From positions 219,976,001 through 220,040,000 of the forward strand of contig OX597814.1 of assembly GCA_951406725.2 (NCBI GenBank): a DNA stretch of 64,000 nucleotides, given 5' to 3'. The notes under the pieces were generated by a model that was not told where the DNA came from, ran no database searches, and saw nothing but the letters and a program-made list of their open reading frames with translations. The position numbers and the translations under genes are program-made. Below, piece by piece: positions 23,598 through 53,094 of the stretch. The stretch is from Octopus vulgaris. Taxonomy: Eukaryota. The first letter of the stretch is position 1. Each line of letters begins with the position of its first letter.

Positions 23598-25333
23598 TAT
23601 CTAGTTTCAGCTCACAAGCTGTGGCCATGCTGGGGCACCACCATTCGGTGTTGCTACATGATTTTACTTCACGAATGCTTTTTAGCAATTGCCATTTAGT
23701 GCATGAGAGAGTTCGATGCAGCTGCCCTCATCTGTACCTCCTGCCGTGAAGTTAGTTCATCTGGGACACCTGACAAGAAGAGATCCAGTTTTATTTTAAA
23801 GACATCTGCATCCACCCCATGCAGGTCTCTTAGGTTCTTCGGGAGAATATTGAAGAGCTGTGGGCCTCGGAAGCCCAGGCTATCACAGTATCTTGTCCTA
23901 CATCTTGATGGCAAATTTGAAGTCTTTGGCACTATGCAGTGGCGACCAGTTCTGGCATTTGTGTAACTCTTGATGCCAAAGTTTGGGACAAGTCCTTCTA
24001 GGATCTTCCAGATTTATATTATGGCATATCTTTCTCGCCTACGCTCTAAGGAATAGAGTCTCAATCTCTTGAGTCTTTCCCAATAGCTTATATGCTGCAC
24101 AGAGGCTATCTTCTTCGTATAGCTTCGTTGGATCGCCTTAAGCTCTGTGATTAACTCGACACTGGATGGTGACCATAGCTGAGAGCAATAGTCAAAGTGG
24201 CTTAGGACAAGTGTCCTCCAGAGGACCATCATGGTTTCCTGGTCTCTTGTTCTAAAGATTCTAAGAATTCATCCAGTCAGCAGCCTACATTTCATTGCCA
24301 ATTTAGCAACATGCACCTGAAAGGTTGCATCATCACTCATGTAAATACCCAGATCTCGCACTGATTGTGCCTCTTGGATTGCAATCCCTCCGGGTCCAGT
24401 GTATTCATTGGGTATTGCATTTAGTTTTGCATGCTGATAGCATAAAGCTTGAAACTTTTCAGCATTGAACTGCATGCTATTCTTTTCAGCCCACTTGTAT
24501 ATTTTGTCCAGCTCACATTGCAGGTGCTTAGTGTCTTCAGGTTTCTGTATTGCCTGTGAAACCTTTGTATCATATGCATAACTTGTGATCGTGGCTCTCT
24601 GCGTGGCTGAGGGCATGTCTGAGAGGGCCATTATGAACAGTAGTGGTCCCAAAACAGTGCCTTGCGGAACACCGCTCACCGTTACTACCACCTGACTTCT
24701 ATCCTTCAGAAAGTCATGAAGCCATTCTCTCAATTTTCCAACTATGCCAAGATCACGCAGTTTGTGACATATCATTCCATGATCGACTTTATCAAAGGCC
24801 TTTGCAAAGTCAAGATATATCACTTCCACATTTGAGTGGTTGAGCAGTTGTTTCAGCACCCAGTCATAGTGGTCGGAAACCTTGTTGGGTGTCAGGCAGC
24901 AAGTCATTTTCTTCAAGGAAGGTGATTAGTTTCCTTCTGACTATTCGTTCCATGACCTTGCTGATGTGTGAGGTCAGAGAGATAGGTCTGTAGTTCTTGG
25001 CCTCTGTTCTGCTACCTCCTTTATGAATAGGGCATAATTTACCCTCCTTCAGTTTTCTTTGAAGTTTTTCAGTTGCAAGGAAGTTCTGAAAGAGGGACTG
25101 CAGTGGTCTTGCTAGTTCTCGCTTACATACTTTTAGAAGGATTGCTGGGAATCCATCCAGGTCAGTAGCTGAGTTTGTTTTCATTTCATCAATAGCCTTT
25201 ATTACATCGTCTTCCTTTATATTGATGTAATCAATCATCATTGCCTCTGTTTTAATATCTGCAGTGGTAAAGAAGTCATTTGGATTGGTGGAGTGAAAAT
25301 ACTTCTGAATTGCTCATTTAGTATTTCACTTAT
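23598..25333 (-). mobile_element. CR1-type LINE, RT domain to 3' end, frameshifted; duplicate at ~41418-43153
   Basis: NYRPISLTSHISKVMERIV, QHGFR, YLDFAKAFDKVDH, SGVPQGTVLGPLLF, YADD (copy 2), DYCSQLWSP, YWERLKRLRLYSLERRR. Confidence 0.95.
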
Positions 25334-25358
25334 ATATAAACGCGTATATATATATATA

Positions 25359-25404
<46 letters not shown>

Positions 25405-25447
25405 ATATATATATATAAAAGTGTGTATATATATATTTTTAACATAT

Positions 25448-25697
25448 AAATATGTATATATATATATTTCGTTTTTGGATTTGGTTTGCAAGATTCTTTA
25501 TGTGAGTTCGTGTGTTGAAGCATATTGTTCCCACTTATTTTTAATTTTTATTTTCCTAAAATTTTCATTGCGTCTTGCAACCTTTTCAATAGCCAAGACA
25601 ATAAATAAAAATAAGAAATAAATGGAAATTTTACCGGTGAGTGTGTTAAATTATAAGGCACAACAAAAATGTCCCTCCCCAGACACAAGAGCATATA

Positions 25698-25752
<55 letters not shown>

Positions 25753-26035
25753 AGAGTTTACGAAAAAAACAAAAGACGAAGACAGGCGGCGTACAAAACA
25801 AACAGATGTATTAACATCTGTTTGTTTTGTATGCTCTTGTGTCTGGGGAGGGACATTTTTGTTGTGTCTTATAATTTAACACACTCACCGGTAAAATTTC
25901 CACTTATTTCTTATTTTTATTTATAACGCTCAGGAATAGAAAAAGTCTTTTATGTTTCGAGCCTACGCTCTTCTACAGAAAGGGACACAGAAAAAACAAG
26001 GAGAGAAAAAAATGTGTGTAGTGGCTAACGATCTA

Positions 26036-26040
<5 letters not shown>
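25448..26040. mobile_element. Two nested short Penelope-like elements in (TA)n with hammerhead-like motifs; duplicate at ~43268-43870
   Basis: 25448-25695 matches 7509-7745 family; 25749-26040 matches 29618-29800 family with minus-strand cuuu-CUGUAGA-a-gagc-guag-gcuc-GAAA at 25947-25982. Confidence 0.6.
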
Positions 26041-26070
<30 letters not shown>

Positions 26071-26584
26071 TATTACTTCCGGCTTTCGAGGGTAGAGACG
26101 TGTTGCTTTGCTCTGTGATAAAAAAACAAAAAGGTTTGCATAAATCGACGAAATAATCGTCGAAAACTCATAAAAAACGTAGAACTTGCTATCTCATTGC
26201 GGTCTGCTAGGATATATTAGTTAAAAACCGTAATATATTTCGCTTCAAGCCAAATATAATACACTAAACTTAATTACGCACGCCAGATTTTCCGTCGAAA
26301 AAAGCACGTGGTGACATCTTTTAAGTTTATTTCCAATCGACTCTAACAAGCAAAAAGAACCGTTTTTCTTTTCTTTTTTTGAAAGAAAACCTCTTTGTAT
26401 AGGGAGAAGATTTTAGGACTTCTACCTCTTATAAGTACCGCTTTTCATTTATTTATTTTCTCGTAATTCAATGTAAGGACCTTTTCTCTGTCTACATTCT
26501 TTAATAATCTTTCAGTTTCTGTTTCAGCTCCGTTACATCTCTCTAAAATTATTCAATTTTAGATAGGCATATATTTATTTGTTG

Positions 26585-26661
<77 letters not shown>

Positions 26662-26819
26662 CTGAGCAGCTCAATCTCCCTAAATATATAGACGCGAATA
26701 TTAGAAGTATAGTTTGCAATTAGTTTTGTTTAGAAGAAAACATTTGTAGCTACGGACAGGTATGTATTTATAATTTACATCCTGTTAGTAATCTTTCATT
26801 TTCTGTTTAAGCTTCGTAA

Positions 26820-27270
26820 CCTCCTCTCTTCTTTTCTTTCTCTCTCTCTGTCTCTTCACTTCTCTCTATCACACCATCTTTCTTCTCTCAGCCGCTCAAT
26901 CTTTTGCATCACTTCCTCTCTTTCATCTCTTTCTCTATCACACCATCTTTCTTCTCTCAGCCTCTCAATTTTCCTAAATATATAGACTCTCTCTCACTCT
27001 CTTCTTAACTTCTCTCAGCCGCTCAATCTTTTGCATAACCTTCTCTCTTTCATTTTTTTCTCTCTCTATCACTTCTCTTCTCTCCCTCACGCCTCTTTCC
27101 TTGTCTCTTCACTTCTCCACTTCTCTCTGTCACACCATCTTTCCTCTCTCAGCCTCTCAATTTTTCTAAATTTATAGACGCGAACTTTCTTCTCTTACTC
27201 TCTTCTTATCTTCTCTCAGCTCTCAATCTCTCTAAATAAATAGACACTTTCTTTCTCTATTTCTTCTCTA
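26820..27270 (+). repeat. Pyrimidine-rich degenerate tandem repeat; duplicate at ~44770-45225
   Basis: Recurring ctatcacaccatctttcttctctcagcc..tcaat units. Confidence 0.6.
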
Positions 27271-27455
27271 CCAGCTATCGCACTATTAAATTTTAAATAT
27301 AATTAGATAGATAAATAAATAAAATATCCAAAATGTCCAGAACCTGGAGAAGTAACGAATTGGCGTTGTTCCTGAGAGCCTGGCAATGCGCCGAAGGAGA
27401 TAATCTGAACAACATCATTACAGCTGCGCTGAAGAGCAGTGGATATAAAACTGTT

Positions 27456-28236
27456 GGAATACCCAATAAATACACTGGACCTGGAGGGATTGCAATCCAG
27501 AGGCACAATCAGTGCGAGACCTGGGTATTTACATATGTAATGATGCAACCTTTCATGTGCATGTTGCTGAATTGGCTTTTAGAACAAGAGACCAGGAAAC
27601 CATGATGGTCCTCTGGAGGACACTTGTCCTAAGCCACTTTGACTATTGTTCTCAGCTATGGTCACCAACCAGTGTTAAATTAATCTCAGAACTTGAGGCA
27701 ATCCAACGAAGCTACACAAAGATAGCCTCTATGCAGCATATAAGCTATTGGGAAAGACTCAAGAGATTAAGACTCTATTCCTAAGAGCGTAGGCGAGAAA
27801 GATATGCCATAATATACATCTGGAAGATCCTAGAAGGACTTGTCCCAAGCTTTGGCACCGAGAGTTACACAAATACTAGAACTGGGCGCCACTGCATACT
27901 ACCAAGGACTCGAAATTTTCCACCATGATGTAGGACAAGATACTGCAACTGTCTGGGCTTCAGAGGTCCACAGCTCTTCAATATTCTCCCGAAGGACCTG
28001 AGAGACCTGCATGGGGTGGATGTAAGTGTCTTTAAAATAAAGCTGAACCTCTTCCTGTCAAGTGTCTCAGATGAACCAACTTCATGGCAGGAGGTGCAGA
28101 TGAGGGCAGCTGCATCAAACTCTCTCATGCACAAAATGTCAATTGCTAAAAAGCATTCGTGAAGTAAAATCATGTAGCAACACCAAATGGCGGTGCCCCA
28201 GCATGGCCACAGCTTGTGAGCTGAAACTAGATGAAA
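27456..28236 (+). mobile_element. 5'-truncated CR1-type LINE 3' portion; duplicate at ~45409-46154
   Basis: [41 protein letters not shown] and the same 3' terminus as 23598. Confidence 0.9.
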
Positions 28237-28274
28237 TATAATATATGTATATATATATATATTTATATATATAT

Positions 28275-28353
<79 letters not shown>

Positions 28354-28354
<1 letters not shown>

Positions 28355-28835
28355 GGAACCACTATGTGGAAACCCTTACGCTAGAAAAAGATCCGCTATG
28401 GTCTCAACCACTAAGAATTGTTCTTCAGAAAATTTAGCACACCAGAAACGTAAGCGAGCAAAACAAGTGAAAAATAACAAAAATATAGATTAATCACAAA
28501 TAATTGTTTCATTATCAATAAATTACGTAATTTTACTTACACAACTTATCTGTAGATCGTCAGTGTGATCCTCTTTGCAAAGTATACTTTGTAGAACTAC
28601 ACGCCAGATATCAACACGAGGTCGAAAATGCATGTAGTTTCACCTATTATATTTGCGGTTATTTTCAAAAGTCTTTGTGAAACAATTGTTTGTGATTAAT
28701 CTATATTTTTGTTATTTTTCATTTGTCTTGCTCGCTTACGTTTCTGGTGGGCTAAATTTTCTGGAGAACAATTCTTAGTGTTAGAGACCATAGCAGATCT
28801 TTTTCTAGCGTAAGAGTTTCCACATAGTGGTTCCC
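28354..28835. repeat. Inverted-repeat element (~155-bp arms, ~165-bp spacer); duplicate at ~46531-47010
   Basis: ggaaccactatgtggaaac...attgtttca / tgaaacaatt...gtttccacatagtggttcc. Confidence 0.75.
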
Positions 28836-29036
28836 ACTTATATTTATGTATAAAATACTATTTACTGAATCTCATTTTTTTTTATATGCTAGACCACTGG
28901 TGTTAAATTGATGTTATAAAATTAATAGCCAATTTTTCACCCTCATTTTGATTTTAATTTTATATATATATATACACGTTTATATGTTAATAACATATGT
29001 GTGTGTGTGTGTGTGTGTGCGTGTGTGTGTGTCTGT

Positions 29037-29310
29037 GTGTGACAATTATTCGGTAGTCATAAGAAAACTCCAAGTTTCGGATGTCGGGACGGAAAACCAC
29101 GCCGGCATCTTTTCAGTTATCGGGCCATTAAAGAGCATTTTTTTGAGGGCCCAGTAACTGAAGGGATGCTGGCGTGGGCTTCCGCCTCAACATCCGAAAC
29201 TCGGAATTTTATCATGGCTACCGAATAATTGTCACATTACAGATAAATCCCTCTATTTACATAATATCGAGGTCTCTTTCATTCTTTTGTTGTCTTACCA
29301 TTTCTATCAA
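29037..29310 (+). mobile_element. Palindromic element (~90-bp arms plus tail) with degenerate hammerhead motif; duplicate at ~47215-47490
   Basis: gtgacaattattcggtag... / ...ctaccgaataattgtcac; CUGAAG-ggaug...caucc-GAAA-cucgga at ~29158-29206. Confidence 0.6.
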
Positions 29311-29326
29311 TATATATATATATATA

Positions 29327-29545
29327 TACTTTATTTAAAGCAGCAGAAAATTCAACAAAATCTGTTACTCTGAGTTTCTCGTTGCCGTTCATCAGACAGT
29401 TTTCTAGCAAAAACTGTCTGATGAACGGCAACGAGAAACTCAGATTTTGTTGAATTTTCTGCTGCTTTAAATAAAGCATATTACTCTACCACTGGTATTT
29501 GAGTACTCTTTTTTCCACCTTGTTTCACATTTATGTGTTTACTCC

Positions 29546-29548
<3 letters not shown>
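29327..29548 (+). mobile_element. Palindromic element (~75-bp arms plus tail) with hammerhead motif; duplicate at ~47527-47756
   Basis: cugu-CUGAUGA-a-cg-gcaa-cg-a-GAAA-cucaga-GUA-acag intact at 47614-47651 (+) and 29362-29399 (-). Confidence 0.7.
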
Positions 29549-29617
<69 letters not shown>

Positions 29618-29619
<2 letters not shown>

Positions 29620-29800
29620 GGAGAGTTTACGAAAAAAACAAAAGACGAAGACAGGTGGTGTACAAAACAAACAGATATATTAGTATAAGGCTCAGGAATA
29701 AAAAAAGTATTTTTCGTTTCGAGCCTACGCTCTTCTACAGAAAGGGACACAGAAAAAACAAGGAGAGAAACAAGGAGAGAAAAATGTGTGTAGTGGCTAA
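29618..29800 (-). mobile_element. Short Penelope-like element with CUGUAGA hammerhead variant; duplicate at ~47799-47982
   Basis: Same family as 25749-26040. Confidence 0.55.
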
Positions 29801-29831
29801 CATACATATATATATATATATATTATATGTA

Positions 29832-29899
<68 letters not shown>

Positions 29900-29904
<5 letters not shown>

Positions 29905-30214
29905 GGTACTATTATTCATAGGTACCGCACGCTAGGAGGGACCTTTGCAGTCAAAACTACTAAAATAAACAAATTTTACCGAATGCAAAACTTCAAAGCG
30001 AGTCATTTAAAAAGTTTTGAATTCGGTAAAATTTGTTTATTTTAGTAGTTTTGACTGCAAAGGTCCCTCCTAGCATGCGGTACCTATGAATAATAGTACC
30101 CTCTATATAATATAAATAAATATTTTCAAAGTGGAAAAATTTACGGTTTTTTCTCTTACGAGGTTTTTCACGCTAACTACTGATAATTTCTTATAAAGAT
30201 TTTATCCTTAATTT

Positions 30215-30220
<6 letters not shown>
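29900..30220. repeat. Palindromic element (~85-bp arms plus tail) in (TA)n; duplicate at ~48070-48386
   Basis: agagggtactattattcataggtaccgc...ttttaccgaat / attcggtaaaa...gcggtacctatgaataatagtaccctct. Confidence 0.75.
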
Positions 30221-30272
<52 letters not shown>

Positions 30273-30771
30273 GGGATGGAAGGTTTATGATACCTGTAGA
30301 GTATCTCCTTCTCCCATTATAATTATTTTTGTAGTTTCAAGGAGCTAGAACTGGTCACCAATTTGTAACGTCCGTGCGAAACGAGGTGCCGGGAATGGCT
30401 CCTTAGTATATCACACAGTCGATACAGTAAATATAAATAGAATAATGCATATATGTGCCAGAGGGAAAAAGAGACACAACCGGGTAGAATGTTTAAGAGA
30501 AGATTTATTATATATATATAATACTCTTTATCTTTTATTAAACTTTTAATACTTTTGATAAAAAAAATTAAAAAAATTTTTAAATAAATAAATAAATGAA
30601 TTAATTAATAAATAAAATAATATATAAATATAAAAATATACATACATACATATATATATATTTGTATATATATATAAAATTTATAAGTTTAAATTATTTA
30701 GATAATTTTTTATTTTTAACTTTTATATTTTTAAATTAATTTTATGTTTTGGCTTATGTTTTTCACTGTTT

Positions 30772-30803
<32 letters not shown>

Positions 30804-31093
30804 ATTTGGCTCAAAAGCAAATAGCAAGGCCATGTAGGGGGACATGGAGTTAAGTACAGGGTGGTGTTCATGTAAAGAGTTCAGGCCACTTGAGGTCCAG
30901 GGAGGCTTTGAACAAAGCGGTCGTCGGCATCTTCACCATCTCGTCTGGCAGCTTGTTCCACGGATCCACAACCCGGACGGAGAAAGCTCCTCTCCTTCGA
31001 TTGAGATGAAATCGTCGCAGCTAGAGCTTTTCGGAATGACCCCGCAGCCGACGCTCCGGAGCAGGAGTGAAGAACAGCTCTTTCGAGAGGATT
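30772..31093 (-). mobile_element. 3' end of a second CR1 family with (TAAC)n tail; duplicate at ~48910-49231
   Basis: RLRGHSEKL, RRGAFSVRVVDPWNKLPDEMV, FKASLD; inserted into an element of the 23270 family. Confidence 0.85.
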
Positions 31094-31210
31094 TGCCTAA
31101 TAGTGGTTTTATCTCTAATTTAATATAATATAATATAATATATTTATACTATAAAATTGGATTTAATCCTAAATCTAATTTTTCCCTGTAAGTTTGGATT
31201 TATTCCCTAA

Positions 31211-31351
<141 letters not shown>

Positions 31352-31888
31352 ATGTATGTATATATGTATGTATGTATGTATGTACATTTGTTTTCGACAT
31401 CTGACATATGACACTCGTTTCACCTGTGCAGGCAATGTCAATCTGATGAATGCATATTTACGCAGACATGTTCAAGTATATGTGTATATAGAACGTGACG
31501 CACATAAAAATAATTTGAGTTCCATGTCATAATGTAAATATTGTTAAAACGAATAAAATGTTTATTGCAATTGCTCTTCCTCTTGACTTTCAACCTTTGT
31601 AAAGAGCTACGTCAATCCTTCTAAAATATTATTATTGATAGTAGACGTTTTATTGGTTGAACGATATTTCGACAGCTTGCCCATCCTTGTCGAGTACAAA
31701 GTGAAAATTGATACATAAAAATTCAAAATTTGAACGAAGGCAACCGTCATTCCACATTGGCAGAATGACATATAATCAATTTTCAATTTTCAATTTTCAA
31801 TTTTCAATTTTCAATTTTCAAGTTTACAACTGGCAAAAGAAAAAGAAGAAAGAGAGAAAAAAGAAAAGAAAAGGAAAAAGAAGAATAT

Positions 31889-32415
31889 TTAATCAAACAG
31901 TTTTGTGTAAGTATGATGAAATTCCCCTGTCATCCTGTTCATCCCTTCAGGGCGTGATGTTAATAACTCACAAACATATTTCTCCTCAGGGATTTTGAGG
32001 ACTGAAAGTGTAACAGATTCAGAAAATTTTCTGAGAATATGAACTTTCAAGTCTTTTTCAAAATTGCAGCCGTTTGATGTAAAATGTTTGACAAGTTCGG
32101 TCGAACTACTCTTATTGTCTGATGGTGCCCATTGAATCTTTTGTTTAATTGTTCTGTTGTACAACCAACATAAATCAAGTTGTGTTTGGTGCATTCTGCT
32201 GCGAACACCAAATAGGAATCTCTACTCGTCCTACTTTCCGTGTAAATCATAACATTTCTGTTATGATTCCTCATGGAATCGACGTGGCTCATGCTGTTGC
32301 ACAGTGAACAGGGCTTACCACTCTTGAGGCTGTTTTTCAAGGTACAGCGTGCAGAAACTCCAACGTTAGTTTTCTTGGAATCAGAAGTAGAGGTTAATAG
32401 TTTGAAACGAGGAAG
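31889..32415 (-). mobile_element. Penelope-like GIY-YIG endonuclease remnant; duplicate at ~50038-50572
   Basis: PCSLC, LVFAAECTKHNLIYVGCTTEQLNKRFNGH, LVKHF, EEKYVCELLTSRPEGMN (PLE-type C-terminus PxG[LM]N). Confidence 0.85.
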
Positions 32416-32419
32416 TTTA

Positions 32420-32837
32420 CCTATTTCTTTATTACCCACAAGGGGCTAAACATAGAAGGGACAAACAAGGACAGACATAGGTATTAAGTCGATTACATCG
32501 ACCCCAGTGCGTAACTGGTACTTTAATTTATCGACCCCGAAAGGATGAAAGGCAAAGTCGACCTCGGCGGAATTTGAACTCAGAACGTAACGGCAGACGA
32601 AATACCTATTTCTTTACTACCCACAAGGGGCTAAACACAGAGAGGACAAACAAGGACAGACAAACGGATTAAGTCGAATATATCGACCCCAGTGCGTAAC
32701 TGGTACTTAATTTATCGACCCCGAAAGGATGAAAGGCGAAGTTGACCTCGGCGGAATTTGAACTCAGAACGTAAAGACAGACGAAATACCGCTAAGCACT
32801 TCGCCCGGCGTGCTAACGTTTCTGCCAGCTCGCCGCC
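32420..32837 (-). mobile_element. tRNA-derived SINE (4259 family), tandem 1.8-mer; duplicate at ~50577-50995
   Basis: Full copy 32605-32837 plus a second partial copy 32420-32604. Confidence 0.85.
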
Positions 32838-33462
32838 TTCAACATGTTGGCAACTTTCATGCAACACTTTTGAAATGCCTGCGAAATTTCGGTGCCAGTT
32901 AATCACTAAAAGAATTCTGTCACATATTGCACTTTGTTTGCTACAATTATGCGCGAAAGTTTGACTTTCCTTGCTAATCTTATGCATATATGTATGTATG
33001 CATGTATGTGTACGTATCCGTATTATACATATATACACATAGACACTACATGTACTTGCACATAGAAGCACACCATATCTGCACCTGCACAGACACACGC
33101 GCACGTACATGCACACATACGATCAGTTAGTTGTTTTTAAGCTAGAAAAGAAGCAGACTTGATATAATAGAGCGGTACCAGACAATATTAACAACTCAGG
33201 CAGTTTCACGCTAATATTGGTACGAGACAATATTAACGGCTCTTCAGACATGCTGGCCAGAATTACATAGATTTTCTTTTTGCGCTGGGAATGCACGGGC
33301 TGTAGGTTGGTTCGGAAGAAGTAACCAATGGAATTTTTTTTTTATTTTGGGGGAGGAAAGAAGAGTTATATCTTGTGGATTTGTGTCAGCCATGGGTCAA
33401 ACTTATAAGCTGTGTGCCTATATATATCGTACCCAAGTTAAAAAGAAACGGTCGTGATCATA

Positions 33463-51622
<18,160 letters not shown>

Positions 51623-51833
51623 CAAAACGAATTTGCGCTCATGAAGGCAGCATCCGAAAATTTCGCTTGTGCTCTTATACGCAAATACGTATAAATGGTA
51701 TATCAAGAGGGGAGCGGGAAGGGCGGTCCACCCTGGGTGACACAATTTATTTGTATTAATATATCGTTAATAAAAATGCAGTATAAATATTATAGACTTC
51801 AATAATGTATAAGTAGCTATTAAAATTTCCTTA

Positions 51834-52014
51834 AAATGCTTAGCGGTATTTCGTCAGTCTTTACATTCTGAGTTCAAATTCCAACGAGGTCGACTTTGCC
51901 GTTAATCCTTTCAGGGTCGATAAATTAAGTACCAGTTGCGTACTGGAGTTGATCTAATCGACTGCGCCCCCCCTCTCCCAAAATTTCGGGCCTTGTGCCT
52001 AGAGTAGAAAAGAA
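51834..52014 (+). mobile_element. Diverged SINE (4259-related family)
   Basis: gcttagcggtatttcgtc..gagttcaaattcc..gtcgataaattaagtaccag; similar old copies at ~310-470, 17732-17930, 60200-60440. Confidence 0.7.
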
Positions 52015-52137
52015 TGTGTACTATACGGTATAATATTGTTAATACAGTAATATTGTGTGTTACTGGATATTCAGAAAGTTGATTATTTTTTAGGTTGGTC
52101 TATACTCTATTTGGTTTATTCATATAAATTTATGATA

Positions 52138-52533
52138 TCTTTATATATAAAAGAGAGGTTGTGTGCTGTCTGTCTCCTACGATTTAGATTCCTAACTACT
52201 CCCACATTTTGCGGTGCAGTTTAACCAAAACCGGGTATCTTATAGTCGTGATTCATATTGAGTCCTTCTGGGTATTAGTGCGCGTCTACGATGAGTCTAC
52301 GATTAAAAAAAAAAATTACCATCAATTTTTCCCATTTTTAATGCATTTTTGGCATATATAAGGGAAGTAACTCTCTAAAAATCTATTATTAAATCTCAGA
52401 ACGTAAAAAGCTACAGTAACACCTCCCCTTTGTGGTTAGCCATATTGAGATGGCTATTATACTTTACATGTCTAAAAATGCTTATATAGTTATTTCCCTT
52501 ACAAACCCGAGCAACGCCGGGCGATACTGCTAG
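52138..52533 (+). mobile_element. Non-autonomous Helitron
   Basis: A|TC start, cccgagcaacgccggg hairpin, CTAG|T end. Confidence 0.85.
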
Positions 52534-53094
52534 TCACAGATACAATTTGAGATAATTTGAGCGAATTAAGGATAGCGGTGCAGCATTTCGAAAAAAAAAA
52601 GAAAGTAAGAAAAGCAAGAGAAGAAAGACGAAATGAAGGTGCCATTATTAAATTTCTCGTCAGGCCCGACCGTCCAGACGAAACTGGTATTACTGTAGAA
52701 GGTAATAAGTAATAAAAATGCGGTATAAATATTATAGACTTTAATAACGTACAGTAATTATTAAAATTTCCTTAAAACTTATATTTATCATCAGTAAACA
52801 TGTATTGTGTGTTAATATTATGTGATATACAGTATGTAGCGTACGCTTAGTGAAATTTTCTCTCTCTCTCTCCCTCTCTGTTATATATAACATAAATGCG
52901 GACGTAGCAGATAACAGCTAGCCTTCGGTCGCTTGGACCCTGTTATGTCCACTACTCTGATTGGTTGGTAGTGGCACAGTTTGTCTCTTGCTCTATTATG
53001 CGCCAATGTGCAACCCAACCAATCTCAGCCTTCTGATAAGGTCCCGTGACACTCTCCTCTAAATCTCCGTTTGAGCCTACTGGTCCCTATAAAA

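Noticed and set aside
24269-25241. Intact, active reverse transcriptase gene
   Set aside because: Frameshifts, internal deletions and YADD>YAYD in copy 1
30325-30420. Additional minus-strand hammerhead (aaggagc...gcuccuu-GAAA)
   Set aside because: Stem II and GAAA present but no CUGANGA; not supportable
30772-30803. Telomeric repeat
   Set aside because: (TTAG)n is the tail of a minus-strand CR1 fragment, not TTAGGG
31580-31700. Hammerhead downstream of the GIY-YIG remnant
   Set aside because: Only GAAA-adjacent fragments; core not recognisable
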